The notes under the pieces: generated by a model
Seen by the model: the letters and a program-made list of their open reading frames with translations, nothing else
Database searches by the model: none
What the model was told of the DNA's origin: nothing
NCBI RefSeq assembly: GCF_016433145.1
Contig: NC_058130.1
Span: 709,154,046-709,218,045, forward strand
DNA from: Gracilinanus agilis
Lineage: Eukaryota
DNA: 64,000 nt
Direction: 5' to 3'
In this document: positions 26,380-41,228 of the stretch, piece by piece
Layout of the letters: each line of letters opens with the position of its first letter
Position numbering within the stretch: position 1 is the stretch's first letter
Translations under genes and position numbers: made by a program

Positions 26380-26569
26380 TGGGGGCAGCTGGGTAGCTAA
26401 GTGGAGTGAGAGTCAGGCCTATAGACAGGAGGTCCTAGGTTCAAACCCGGCCTCAGCCACTTCCCAGCTGTGTGACCCTGGGCAAGTCACTTGACCCCCA
26501 TTGCCCACCCTTACCACTCTTCTACCTATGAGACAATACACCGAAGTTAAGGGTCTAAAAAAAAAAAAA
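26380..26569 (+). mobile_element. Young opossum SINE1-like element with perfect TSD
   Basis: Full-length ggggcagctgggtagc...aagttaagggtctaaaa; 18-bp TSD AAAAGTATACTGGTTCCA at 26362-79 and 26566-83. Confidence 0.95.
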
Positions 26570-27027
26570 GTATACTGGTTCCAAATAGAAACCAGCCCCT
26601 GAAGAATTTAGAAAAGGGGGTCCTTTCTAATGCCAATCTATAGTTATATTTTTATAGAATGCTTACCAACCTCCTGATTTAAGGAAGAAATCTGTTGCTT
26701 TTCCCCTCCTTTTCCCTTTTGGCTTAAGATATATTAGAGGCATTGACACTGACATATAGTTATATTTAGTTGCAGTGACCACCTTGTTTGTTAAGAGGGT
26801 TGGTTCAGCCTTGGCCTCCAACGTGATTTTCTGAGAAATGATGCCCATGCTCTCTCAACCCTGGCCATTGCTGCTCTTTCCATGTTTTATTGGGGAGGAA
26901 GCTGGGAATTTGAATGAAGGTTTGTTGAGTTGGTTTTCAGAGTGTTAAGGCTGGCCATGTAGTGGTTCTTTTATTTCCTTCTATTCACATATCTTCTAGT
27001 CACAGTGCTGTATATTGTGTTTTTTAG

Positions 27028-27177
<150 letters not shown>

Positions 27178-30100
27178 TAAGACTTGAAACCATCTGTTGT
27201 GTTAAAACTGACCACTGATATAAGGGGCTAGATAATCCTAGCCAAGTTCATATATGAGAAAGAATCAGCTGTCTGGCAAAGCTGAAGCTAGAAGGGAAAG
27301 AATGAATGGGGAGAATATTTGGGCAAGAATTAAGGGTGATAAAGTTACCAAGAATTTCTCCATCTGGCCATTTTTATCTTTCACTCTAAGTTTCAGTCAT
27401 GAGGAACTCATCCTTCTTTCACCCTTGCCCCCTGTCCCAAACCATCAGTGCTGATTTGTTTTTAAATGTCTTTGTGAGACCAGCATGAGCTCCACAGAAG
27501 CCTCCCTGGGGTCTGCTTCCTGTGGTGTTTATGTTGACACTGTGTATCTGGCCTAGGAGAAGTAGCTAAATCAAACAGCTGATGTTTGAACTGTCCTCCA
27601 TCCAAAACCCTCCCACCCTTTTCTGCTGGCTAGGTTAGGCTCTTTAAATTCCCTGTGCCCACTATTGAAGCTCTCTCTTTTCTGGGATGTGATACTAATA
27701 CTGGGCCTTACTTACCTTTGGTGATTTCTGTGCAAGGATTTTCACAGGTGAGAGCCCCAGCTCTCTCTGGCTAAGCTAATTAGAATGAGGGGTGCTACTG
27801 ATGTGATCTTTACTTACATTTGATAATATGACCAATTTGGAGCAACTAATGAGATATACTTATTGTTTATGAAAAACCACATTGTACCCCACTAGCTACA
27901 GGGTTTATCACCTTCCCTTAGATAGGTAATTTTTAAGTGTATGTAAGGAATCTGGGCAATGGGATCCAGCCTAAAGCAAATGCTTTAGAAATTCTCCTGT
28001 GTTCTTGGTTTTCATCCCAGGCATATCATTAATAAATTAGTTTTGTACCACATACTAAGCATAAGGCGGGCCATCCTTCTAAGTTCTAAACCTAACAATT
28101 GACTTTTCTTCTAGAAAGAAAAACACAAACTCAGGTCTTTGCCATGTTCTAGAAAGGTATCTTTGGATGTGCATCTGATCCTGAAGGACACCAGAGAAAG
28201 CCCTGCCTGAGTGGCTCTGTCAGCCTGAGGCTGGTGTTCTGTCCCTAACCCTTTTCAACAATGGATCTGGTGTCAGGGCATTACTGGTTTCTCATTTGTG
28301 TCTGTTTCAGTGCATCACAGCCCTTGGAGACTTTGACTTAGGTGACCAGGATGCTAATCACTCTCCCATATCCAACTTCTTACCTTTCACTTTTCCTGTC
28401 CTTTTCTCTTTCTTTTCCACATTCTCCCTTTTTTCCCTTCTTCCTCCTTTACCCCTTTTCAGAGGTTATAGGCCTTTTACTGGGTTTTGTGACTCTTTTC
28501 AGGAATGAGTATTAGTCAGAACCCTGGAGGGGAGGGGTGTGGGTGACCCCAGCTCTTTGTTTAAGGGCATCCTTCCACATAATCCCTGATGTCAGGAGAT
28601 TTTAGGGAGTTAAATAATGCCATCTTTCTGAACCAGACAGAAGAAACCTCTAGGGCATATTTACCTGTTTTGTAGGAGCCTTTCTCTTTGTAGGATAAAA
28701 TTATATGTGGTTTTCTATAGAGCTCATTGCATCAGCTTCTTGCTGAAAATCCAGTAAGAAAACAAAAAAATGAAACCGCATAATCTCAGCATTGGAAGTG
28801 ACCTTAGAAGTCACCTAGTCCAACACACACCCAAACAGAAATCCTCTCTACAAAATTCCTACCAGTTAGTGGTCAGTTAGCTCCTGCTCAACGCCTTCCA
28901 TTGACCATTTTTCATTACAATGGCCAAAATCTGACTCTACCACTCCTTGTCATTGTTCCTAGTTCTGTATTCTGAAGCTAAACAGAACAACTGATATCTG
29001 TTCTATAGGACAATCCTTAAAATACATAAAGACAGGAATTATTTTCTGTGCCCACCCACTCTTCCCCTATACCCCACTCTTTTCTCTCTCAGTTAAATAG
29101 GTTTCCCTTAAGTACCCCCCATCCTATGTGTCCTTCTTTGGATGAGCCCCAATTTGTAAATATTCTTTCTGAAATATGGTGTCTAGAAGTAAACGTAATT
29201 CTCTAGATGTATAACCAGGGCAGAATACAGTTAGAAAGGCACCTTCCTTGTTGTGGAAGCTCAGTATCTATCAGAGCAGCTTGAGGATCTCATTGTTAAG
29301 ATTTAGAGGTGGCATTTGCAAAATGAAATTTCTACAGAGTAACACTTTTAAAAATCTGACACTTAAGATGAGCTCTTCAAGAGAAACTTCAACTGTTTAT
29401 CAAATGCCTACTGTCCTGATGGAGAAAATTAACATATCAATGGTTTTCTTATGACATCACATCAGCCCATACTAGAAAACAGTATGGAAACTAGTTCCAG
29501 GATTCTCATAGCCTTTCTATAGTATGGCAGGCCAGTGATAGGCCCATCCTGTAGCATCAGGCCCTTAACTGGGAAATGTAATCAGTAATATGATATGTAG
29601 AAGAGAAATGAGTCCATTGCTCATTAGAATCTGCATGCATCCTTCCTCATCTCACCTTGAACAATTGTTTCACAACCAAAGTGAATGACACTGCTGGGAA
29701 AGAGGAGTGTATCTTGTCCCCAGAGAGTATTGTTCAAGCATGGGGACATTTTAAGGATAAAAAGAAAGCAATATTAAGGGAAGAGGTTTTTTCCCTGAAG
29801 ACTCAAGACTTCCTGGAGAATCTTGTGGGATAGGGATCCATATTCTGTGCATTTGCAGTCATTTATCTCATAGTAACACACTCAGTCTGCTTATCTAGAA
29901 ACAGAGAGAGACTTGGTAAATCCACTTCAAGGTCAAACATAGTTTTTTGGAGAATATGTATTTTCAGTGAGTTTAGAGCTCCCTGCATACCACTTTATTG
30001 TCTTAGCCCTAAGAGTCAGAGGTACATCATTGATCTGCTAACATAAAATCTCATGCTTGCCCTCTCCTCTTAAAGCCTTTCTTCTCTTGCAAATAACCAG

Positions 30101-30198
30101 TTCTGGGGTTGAGGAAACAGAAGGTTCTCAGGGTTGTGAGTGGAATGGGGAGGGATATTCTGGTTGTTCTTTCCATTGTTCTCCATGACTGACAGTGA

Positions 30199-30510
<312 letters not shown>

Positions 30511-30569
30511 TGATCATGGGAAATTCAGTTCTTGCTGCTTTGATTTGTCTACCATGAAATTAGTAAGTA

Positions 30570-30790
30570 GGGAGCAGCTAGGTGACACAAAGAATTGAGA
30601 GCCAGGCCTAGAAACAGGTGGTCCTGGGTTCAAATCTAGCCTCACATACTTCCTGCCTGTTGTCTACACTGTGTGACCCTGGGCAAGTCACTTAACCTTC
30701 ATTCCCTAGCCCTTAACCACTCTTCTGCCTCAGAACCAATACACAGTATTGATTCTAAGACTTAAGCCAAGAGTTTTTAAAAAAGAAAAA
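30570..30790 (+). mobile_element. Opossum-type CORE-SINE (SINE2-like)
   Basis: gcagctaggt...gggcaagtcacttaacc...accaatacacagtattgattctaaga...A tail. Confidence 0.9.
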
Positions 30791-31601
30791 ATCATTAGGT
30801 AAATTTCTCTGCCTCTTAACTATGTTCTAGGGTCATTAGTGAGAAATGGTATCTACCTCTGAGGGAAAAGAAGAAGCTATAATGTAATGACTAGAACAAA
30901 GGATTTGGAGACAGAAGAATGGTGTTCATTCAGAGTTTGACTCGTTTTATTATACCCACCTGACTTCAAACAAGTCACTTCATATATCTGATTTTCAGTT
31001 TCTTTAGCTCTAACATGAAGAACCCAAGCTAGATAAGTTCTAAGGGGCCTTAATTGTAAATCCTATGGTTCCATGGCCACAGAATATTTTATTGTCATTG
31101 TATTAGGAGCCACTTTGAATCTTCGATCAATAATTTATCAGTAATTCTACTGTATGCATCATGTAATCCCTGTCCTTCACAATTTGGTCATTAGAAAGAT
31201 GTGTCCAGTGTTGTCAACATTTTGTTAAAAAAAAATTTTAATTTAAATTCATCTTAATTTTTTTAATGTAAAAAATATACAACCCTCAAATTTTTTTCGT
31301 GGGAAAAGGTCATAAAAACAAAAAGGACTTAAACCTGGAGTCTTCATCACCATTTTTCATAGCTTGTTCTGGTCTTTAAAAGCTTTGAGTTCTCTCTTTC
31401 TCTACTTGCACTTTGGGCTTGGTTGTCCAGGAAGGACAGTTCTGAGCGAACTGCTACTGGACTTGGTTTCCTTGGGGTTTTCCTAGAGATGAAATCAGCA
31501 GTGAGACTTTAATGAAGCTCATTGATCCAAGGAGACATTTCTCCATGAGATTGGTTTTTTCCCTGATTTTTATCCCCGACTTTTTCCCCTCCCACCAATA
31601 G

Positions 31602-31784
<183 letters not shown>

Positions 31785-33399
31785 TAAATGGGCTGGGCAC
31801 AGTGGGGTCTTTTGGCTGGATTTATTTCCCATGGGCAATGGCCTTAGCCTCCCTTTCTCAAATAGCACTGCAGAGGTGCACAGATAGCCATTTGGAGTAC
31901 TTCCAGGAATATAAAATAAAACCTGTGTCAGGAGAAGATTTTGGAATCTATTTTATGGTTTTTAAGCTTAACTAATTTGGTCTTATGTATATAGTAGGTG
32001 ATAGCCTTTCCCTTAGTTTCTGAGGTCATATGTAGAGGATTAAACTATACTAATTTGGGGTTTGTTGGTGATTAGTTCTGGGATTTAAGAAATTCTGTAC
32101 TCCAGGACAGGCTCGTGTCATTCAAGTTGGGCGCTCCTTCCTGACAGTTCTGTGTTTTTTGGTTTTTTCTCAGAATAGCAGGGTAAGAGCAGAGCAGGTT
32201 CAGCAAGAGGAATCAGAATTATGCCTTTCTTTCTCTGTCACTATCAGCCTCTCATCTTGAGGGACTCAAAGTGAGCTTGAAGGAAAGTGATGGCTAGACC
32301 CTTTCTTCTGTCCTATTCATAGCACATCTAGGCATTGGGTTCATTTTTGGATACCACATTTGAGGAAAGAATTGGCAAGCTAAGGACATTCAAAGAAGGC
32401 AACCATGGTTTTAAGTTCATGCTATATTAGAATTGGTGAAGAAATTAGGGTTGTTTGGCCTGAGGAAGAAAATACATAAGGAAAGGGATGAAATGATTAC
32501 TGCCTTCAAGGATCTGAAGGGTTGTTGTATAGAACAGAGCAGAATCGGGAGCCATAAGTAGAAGTTAGAAGGAGACAGATTTGGGGTAAAAAAAGCTATC
32601 CCAAAGTGGAATGGGCTACATGTCCAAAACTAATGAGCCAATGGAATTAGAATGGAATGGGACCTCAATTAGACCTGCACAAGAATTCTTGCAACTTGAC
32701 AACCTCCCATAGGAATCTTTTCTTAAACATCTCTTTTGGGAGAGAATCAGCTGTCTCTCTTCATGGCCCCTTCCACCCTTGGACAGCTACAATTGTTAGA
32801 AAATTTTTCCTGACATCAAGTTTTAATTTGCTTCTCTGTGACTTCTGCCTATTGTTCTGCAGAATGAAGTAGAACAAATTGGAATCTCTTCTTCCACACA
32901 ACAGCTTTTCAGATAGCTGAAGACAGCTATCAGAAGTCTCGACCAAATATACTCCATCCTTTTAGCTCATACTCTTATGGCATGGTTTCCAAGTCTTTCG
33001 CCATCTCAATTACTTTGAACATTTTAGTGTCTCTCCCAAAATGTGACACCCAAAACTGAACCCAAGACTAGAGATGCGGTTGGAGTAGGGCAGGACTTGC
33101 CTATCCCTAAATCTCGACTCCATATCTTTTAGTGTAGCTTAATATGGCATGAGTATTTTGGGCTGCTATAACACACTTTGTCAGGGTTGGTTGGTTTTTC
33201 GGTTTCTCTGATGCTTTTTGTTTTTTATATATGTCAGTTCCTAATCTCTCTTTCCCTGGTTTTCTCCCTTAACACCTCCTTCCCCCACCCTCATTAAATC
33301 CTTTTTTGTAACAAATAAAAGTCAATCAAAACCAACCAACAACTGACATCTTACCAAAGTTTGCCATCTTTGGCACCCATTGTTCCCCACCTCTGAGCA

Positions 33400-34030
33400 A
33401 GCTGCATATTGCACCATTGGTTCTTATTGACTTTGCAATTCACCAAAGCTCATCTGTCTTTTTTGGACTCCCTCATCTTGTACTTGAGAAGTTGATTTTT
33501 TTTTAATACATCTGTACTCAATTTCATCATATTAGATTCAGCTCATCTTTCTTACTCATCCAGTTACTGTCCTTAGTGTATAACTATCCAGCTCAGTTTC
33601 GTGTCACCTGCAGATTTGCTAAATATGCCATCTATGCACTTTGTCCAAAATTGTTGGCTTAATTCCAGGCCAAAGCAGAGATGCCTGGGGTATTCCACTA
33701 GAAACCTTCCAAGATGACATTTGAACCACCGATTATTTCTTCCTGGCTCCACCCTTCTCAATCTATGTAATTATACTCTTATATAGGCCATATGTCTTCG
33801 CTTTGTCTGCAAGAATACCATAGGAGACTTTGTCAAATAGCAAATCAGGCTTGACCAAATTTTTAACAATCTAGTACCCCTATCAGAAGAGAAGATGAGG
33901 TTAATGTGGCATGACCCATTCTTAATAACTTCTTTCTGGCTGTTTTCCTTTTCTGGCTACTCACTAACCATCCCTTGAATAATAAATTCTAAAATTTTGC
34001 CAGGAACTGAAGTTAGACCCAATGACCTGT
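33400..34030 (-). mobile_element. L3/CR1 reverse-transcriptase fossil
   Basis: Minus ORF 33573-33761 contains GIFSKSAGDTKL, a degenerate version of the CR1 RT catalytic motif SKFADDTKL; further CR1-like fragments at about 32320-33170 and 36780-37740. Confidence 0.7.
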
Positions 34031-34292
34031 AAGTTTTAAAATTAATATTCAATGCCTCCAAAGTATGACATTTATAAGGGTTTATTAAAATGCGGGGAAA
34101 GAGTCCCAACTCACCCTTCACCATACTGCCTCTGGTCCAAAGACCCCATGACCATGCAAAAAACCCCTTTCAATACTGCCTGCAAAAACCGACGACCAAT
34201 AGGAAAAGGCTTAAGGAATTATGGGTATGGTGAAAGGGAGTTTGGGTAATGTAGTTTAAGGAGGTACAAGGTCTTTTCAACTCCATCTGTAC

Positions 34293-34674
34293 CACTGGTT
34301 CTCAAATGTTTTGGTTCCTAGGACCCCTTTATCCTTTTCATTATTGAGGACCTATCAAAGAACTTTTGCTTATGTTGGATTATATCTCTTAGAAATTAAA
34401 ATGTTTTAGTATTATTTTGAAAAACAGTTTTGACCTGGCAGACCCCCTGAAAGAGTCTTAGGAGCCCTGCTAGGGGTATAATGCAAGATATTGATGCAAG
34501 ATCTCCTGCAGTTGCAAAATCACCCTAGGCAATCCTGGCAGTTAGGGGAATGGAACTTTGACCCAGCAAGTATTAAGACCTGACTGTTGGAGCTGGGACT
34601 ATAAATACCCCTATAAAGATCTTGCATCAATCCTGCATTACAGGGGTCTCTGGACCATCCTTTAAGAACCACTG
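34293..34674. mobile_element. hAT-Charlie-type MITE with an internal insertion
   Basis: TIRs cactggttctcaaa (34293) and tttaagaaccactg (to 34674); degenerate 8-bp TSD atctgtac/ctctattc. Confidence 0.75.
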
Positions 34675-34855
34675 CTCTATTCTGCCTTGCTTAGTGATCC
34701 TATCCATTCCAATCAATTCAATTATCTTTATGTTCTATTTATCTAGCCCTAACCTTTCACCTGACCTCCAGTCTTGCATCACCAATTGCCTTTTGGATAT
34801 CTTGAATTATATAGTTCCTTAATAAATACTTGTTGAATAAATGACTCTCTGGCTG

Positions 34856-35064
34856 GTTTTTTTTTTGTTTTGTTTTGTTTTTAAACCCTTACCTTCCATC
34901 TTGGAGACAATACCCCAAGACAAAAGAGTGGTAAGGGTAGGCAGTGGGGGTCAAGTGACTTGCCCAGGGTCACACAGCTGGGAAGTGGCTGAGGTCAGAT
35001 TTGAACCTAGGATCTCTCGTCTCTAGGCCTGGCTCTCAGTCCACTGAGCTACCCAGCTGCCCCC
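34856..35064 (-). mobile_element. Opossum SINE1-like element
   Basis: (TTTTG)n tail, then the full SINE body in reverse ending ccactgagctacccagctgcccc. Confidence 0.93.
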
Positions 35065-38000
35065 TCCCTGGCCATCTTCACTAGCCTTAACACCTTTGGA
35101 GCTTTAGCAAATTCTGGTGCCCTTACAGGACTATGCCACATTTTTCTATTCGTCTTTCCATTAATTGTCCTTTGCTTCCATATTCTATATATGTCTAGTT
35201 AAAATCTGAATTTGTTGGTGAATTCTGTACCTTGGTCTTTAGCCATATGCCCATTTTTCTCTGCAGAGTTGTTATTCATTGTATACTTAGAATTTAATTC
35301 TTGAGAACTTTCCAGTACTCCTGAAATGACTGCCCTGGTAGGACTTAGTCTGTGGTGATATTACTTTTGCATTCTGAACATTTTGAAATATCGCCTTCAA
35401 AAACCTAGAGTGCCTGATTATATCTGGCCTTCTTCTCCTATTCTTCCACAAACTCTAAGGTAGACCAGCCAATTCCTCCTATGGTCCCTAGTATGTTTAT
35501 TTCAGCAGCCACCTGCTTTCTTGTTAGGGAAAAGTAAGTACAGAATACCTTTGTACACCCTTTTGAAGGATGAAATTATCATTTCAGGAAACCAAGAAGT
35601 CATTCCTCTGCTTTAAGTCCAGATGGGTTATTCCAGCAGTTCTCCAGATCTTTTCCTCAGACATCAGATCTACTTTCTCTATTTAGGTCTTCCATAAAGG
35701 ATGAATTCTCTTGATTGAGAATGTTATGGTGGGGTATCATCTGAACTAGATAATCCCTTGAGAGGCTGTCAGGTGGGCCAGGCTAAAGAAACTAGGCAAG
35801 CAACAGCCAACCTAGAAATATATCTGAGTTTTCTCTCACTGCCATTTGCTGTTAAGAAATCCATTTGGGCTTAATCAGGTGTGATTAAATAAGCAGCTCA
35901 ATCAATTGCTGTACCTCTCACTAAACCAAAGGCAGTATCCTGTAGTCTGCAGTGCTGCTTTCTGGGGCTACACAGGCAGAAACCATGAGAATCCTTGTGC
36001 GGTCCCTAGGAGGACTGACCTCAGCTGCCCTCTCCTGGCCATTCCTGAGCCTTCTTCACCCAAATGGATTGATTGTTGGAAAGAGGCGCCCTCTTCTGTT
36101 CTCTGAGAGAAGCAAGTAGGGGAAGGGGATTGATTATACTGAACACCAGTATGGGTTATGATTGTGTGGGCAAGTGATTCTGTGTGCTCCAGGACATCTA
36201 ATTAACTATTCAGTAACAAAGCCTTTCTCAGCAGACTACCAGGGAAGTCAGTCTTCCTTGAGTAGGTATGTTTTATGCCTGTGCTTATCTGTGCCAAGCC
36301 CACAAGAGAGGAAGAATGAAAGGAGGACATACCTAGCAATTTTTAGCAGTCACCAAGCTGCTCATCTGAGAGGCTTAACATCATCACTTAACTGGAAAAG
36401 AGTGATTTGCCATTCATTGAGTAGAGGTGTAATTACATTTTGTTCTAGATACTCTCCCCAGGAGTTAACATGTTTCAGACCTCCAGCCCTCCAAACAGTA
36501 GAAATTCCTTCTGTCATATTGCACTCATGTGGACCCCACAGTAATTCCAAGTTGACAGTAAAAAGGGGAAAATAAAAAAGGGGTTAGAGAGGGACAGAGT
36601 ACCCATTCTGTCTTTGTTAGACACCTCAAACTTGATGCTGCCTGTGCCATAAGCTTTGTGACTTGTCTTGTGAACCACTAGGTAGGTGGGTAGGTCTTAT
36701 TTGTGGGGAGCTGGGATGGGATCTGAATGAAGCTTTGAAAGGTGGTTCTATTGTGATTATTTAAGGATAACTGGTATTACTATTGACTTCTCCCTCTCAA
36801 CCTTACAGACTGAGCTCCCAATTCATTGATATCATCTTTAGCTTTCCTACAACTAGCCTCATGTTCCTTGGCATCATAGGGTCAGTGACTCTCAAGTGTA
36901 ATTGGAGCCAGTTTGTTGGCATAGCTCTGGTGCTAAGCTACTGCCATCCTGCATGCCTTTCTACCTACAATGCTCACTGCTCAGTATCTTTTAAGAGTCT
37001 TCTGAACAGTCCATCACTGCCCATTGCACATTCAGTATAGTGAAAATTTAGAATGCCAGTTGTGAGGTTTTTGTCACTGTAGTGAATGAATATTGAGTCT
37101 GGGAAGTCAAGAGATGTGAATTCACTGAATTGCAGAATTAGATGAGACCTCTGTAGTCATTTGTAGTCTACCTTGTACCTGATCAAGAACCCTTCCCCAT
37201 AGTATCTCTGACAAGTGGTCATTTAACTTCCTCCCTGAAGGCCTCTAGTAAGGGGAAACTCTTCTAATTTGGAATATTTTCTTTGTGAGGAAGACTTTCT
37301 TTATACCATGTCTAATCTGTTTCTCTCAGCCTTTTACCCAGTGCTGCTAGTTTTGCCCCCCAGAGTCAGGCAGAATAGTCTATCCCCTCTATTTATTTGT
37401 GACACCCCTTCAAATACTTGGACAACCATTTTGTCCCTTTTCTCCACCTTTAACAGCCCCCATTTCTTTTTAATTCATTCTCATAGGACATAGTCTTCAG
37501 TCTTCTCACAATCTTAGTTAATTTTCAACCTGTTGACGTCTTTCCTAAAATCTAGAATGTAACACATTTCTCCAGGTGTGGTCCTACCCAAGGCAGAATA
37601 AAGTGGTACTCATCTGCTTCATTTTGGACTGGACCTGTCTGAAAGGCCAGGGCATATTAGCTTTGGGGCCTGAAGTGCTATACTGTTGTGTCATTTTTAA
37701 GTTTGTAATTCACTAAAACCCCCAGATCCTTTTGACAAAATTTGGATTCCTGCCCCTTCCTAGCCATTTGAATTTTGTACAACAGTGAAACTCCATATAA
37801 GAGTGAACTGCTATTTTCATTCTTATTTTTAAGTATAGAGAAAATTCTTCCTTTTCCTATATGGAGAGATGATTTGTTGCTTAAATATGTGCCATCTAGT
37901 ATTTCTGTACTAGTTTCACCTCTTGCACAACTGCTTTTTGTAACTAGTCATCATCCTCAAAGTTTTTAATTCCCATATTCATTGCTAATTATCTTTAAGT

Positions 38001-38290
38001 CACTAGACATCAGAAAACCCATGGAGTTTTTACTTCGTTTGTGAATCAATGGATAGAATACCTGAATGGCCTGAATTTGAAGCAGGCAGGGCTCCTTAAC
38101 CTGGGGTCCATGGCTTTTAAAATATATATTTTGATAATTATTTCAATATAATTGGTTTGCAATCCTATGTATTCTGTTTTATTTGTGAATTAAAAATATT
38201 ATTCCATGTAAGAATCCATAATTTCTGCCAAACTGCCAAAAGATAATACCATGACTCCAAGGAAAAAGGCAGTTAAAAAATACCTGATTT

Positions 38291-38493
38291 AGAGGCAGTT
38301 AGGTGGCTCAGTGGATAGAGAGCCAGGCCTGAAGTTAGGAGGTCCTGAGTTCGAAATCAGGCCTCAGATACTTCCTAGCTGTATGACCCTGAGCAAGTCA
38401 CTTAACCCCAATTGCCTACCCTTTGCCAGTCTTCTGCCTTGGAACAGATACTTCATATCGATTCTAAGAAGGTAAGGGTTTTTTAAAAAAAGG
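38291..38493 (+). mobile_element. Opossum-type CORE-SINE (SINE2-like) inserted at the end of a MITE
   Basis: TSD atacctgatt(t/c)agaggc at 38280-96 and 38494-510. Confidence 0.9.
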
Positions 38494-41165
38494 ATACCTG
38501 ATTCAGAGGCTAATTAATTTTTAGAGTAGAAGATGGCACTGAGAACAGTGCCATCATATGTAAGTTTCTGGCAGAATGCTGGCCTCTTTGTTTTTAGGAC
38601 CTTGCAGAGTTTGTGGAGCAGTCTGCTCATCCATAGGCCCTTTCTGCAAACTCTGACCAAGACTGAAAGTAGTAATGAGCTTTCTTTTTCCCTGCCAAAG
38701 AACATGAGTTTCAGGAGGCCTACGTATTGACTTGAGAGATGTGCCATCTTCTCTCTCAATCTACCCTTCCCAGACTGAAGAGTAATGTTAGGAGGGAATG
38801 TCAGCCCAGTGGCATTATAGGAGATGGTTAGGCCTCTTGGACTCCTGGCCAGTTTTGCCAGCTTAAGAAGCCTGAACTCATTTTTTTCTGTCCAGCACTG
38901 TAAAATTCTAACCTGTTCACACAATATTTTAGTTACTAAAATGAGAGAAACAAGTAAAGTACCAACTATTATTTCCCTTATCCTTCTAAATTAAAGCCAA
39001 TGGAGCCTAGAGACAATCTGTGTCTCTTTGTGTTAAGAGAAGCAAGAAGAGGCACCAGCTCTTTCCAGACTTGGTAGGAGAGAGGGAGTAAGATAAGCCC
39101 AAAGCTTCTGTCTCATTTCGTTCTGCTTTTTCTGCTTCTTTGCTTGTCTGTCTTCCTCAGTCCATCCATAGTGAAACCTTAGAGCAAACAGAAAAGGAAC
39201 AGAAGCACGAATGCTTTCTCTTCCACATTACATATGAGAGATAATTATTGCAGGATTGCCTTTACCAGATGTGGCCTTTCAGAAAGATCACTTTATAGCA
39301 GAGGAAATGAGTACATCTGTTTGTAGTAATGATGAGAACTGAAGACAAAAACATTCTCTGTCAAATACCCTTATAACTAAGTATGTAGCAGTCTTATTCC
39401 AGAAAGAGAAGAGAGAATTTGGGGATAGGGGTGAGGCTAAGAGAATAGAATTGATAAACTAGAAACCTTCCACCTAATTGGAGCTCAGGTCCTTAGGCCT
39501 AGAGACAGACTCTCATCCCCAATGAGACAGTCTTCTCTGGGTGGATAAACCCCAATCCCAACTATAAGCCAAGACAGACTAGATAGGACTCCAATAGAAT
39601 GTCTTACATGCCGTCATATATGTGGTCTTTCTGTTATTTGGCATTGCTTAATTATTTTTCTTTATTTACAAGTGAGGATTCATGGTTCAGGTGACAGGGA
39701 AATGTCTGTAGTATTTAAAAAAAGCCTTCAATTAGAATTTTCCCAGATATTTCCTGAGACTTAAGTAGGAGGGAGTAAGATAGACCCTTTGGATTTCAAG
39801 AAGTGTATGGCTGCCCTGTTAGGTACCATCTTGTATAGGAGTCCCCCGATTACCTGATGATGAACCAAAGCCATCCACATCGTATTTGTACCTTTGTGGC
39901 CTGGAGCTTAAGGACTAGAAGGAAGAGAAGGTAATACTGGGCCTCAGCCCCAATCCACAAGGGGAAGGAAGACATCGTTGACCATGTTCAGTGTCAGGAA
40001 GAAACCTGTTTCTAAGTCACTAACAGTGCTTTAGAAATCATGAAAAATGCCAGCAGCAAAGCCTAGAATGACACTGGGCTTTCCTTTGGAGGCTCTGCCC
40101 AAGAAACTGTTAGTAATTTTCGCACTCCCTTTTCAGGAGGCCCCAACTCACCAGCCAGAGGCAGGAGAAGCTTTGGGGTCAACATCTGGAAGCCAGGCAC
40201 TGATTATTTCTGCATAAGGGCCAGTTTGTTTTTTATTGAATAAAGCACACACATTCCTAGGTGAGTGTGTGAGGCAGCAACTTAGTGTTTCATGTTCACA
40301 TTTTAGAAAGAGTTGGTCAAGGTGGGGATTTAGATAAATTTAAAAAAACAACAACAAAAAAATCATTCCATGCATGGAATCCCCTTCAACAACATAATAT
40401 CTGACTACAACCAGAAATTTTGGGCATTGTTTTTTCCTTACATTCCAAGGCACCCTAATATTACATTTCTAAAACCTTCCCCCACCCCTAGTTCCCAGGA
40501 AAATATGTGCAAACAATTCTAAGTTCCTAAACTTCCTCTTTGATAGTTACCTAGACACTTAGATAATTCCCTCCATCCATGTAGTCCATGAAAATGACCA
40601 TTGAATATATTGCTGCTATAGAAATAAGCACTATAGTATTAATGGAGACTCAGAGTTTAGTTTTATCACTAATAGAAAGGCAACTTATAGAGATTTCTGC
40701 AGAAGGTTATGTATGCCTTTGCTGGATACATTCTTCTTAATTCCTTAGAAATAGAGACAAAATTTTTTTTAATTTATAAGATATTTAGAATTAGTAGGAA
40801 GTTGGCTTCCTAAAACCACAAACTCTTCTAAGGCATTAGTTTGTAGATCTTGCTGGTTACAGTTGGTGGTTTTTACCAGTGGAAATCCAGGTCTATCTAG
40901 AGAGGTCAACATGCCATAGACAACCAAACTGCTGATGTTTAGCTTATCATCTTGGTCGTCTTAAACTAGTGAGCAAACCACCTGGGGAAAAATACTACCC
41001 TTTGCCCACAAAGAAGCCTTGACTTTTCACCTACATGGGAAAGATGGGGGACTTCCCTCTTTCTGAAGCAGGAAGTTTCAGGCATCCAGATCCTGGAGCA
41101 AAAGAGGAATTTTAAGAGGTATTTAGATAGGTACTGAAAAAGATGGGAACATAATTCATCCATGT

Positions 41166-41167
<2 letters not shown>

Positions 41168-41225
<58 letters not shown>
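41168..41225. repeat. (AC)29 microsatellite
   Basis: Perfect dinucleotide run in CARM1 intron 6. Confidence 0.98.

Positions 41226-41228
<3 letters not shown>

Noticed and set aside
26380-26460. tRNA-like A/B boxes (gtagctaagtgg, ggttcaaacc)
   Set aside because: These are tRNA-derived SINE heads, not tRNA genes
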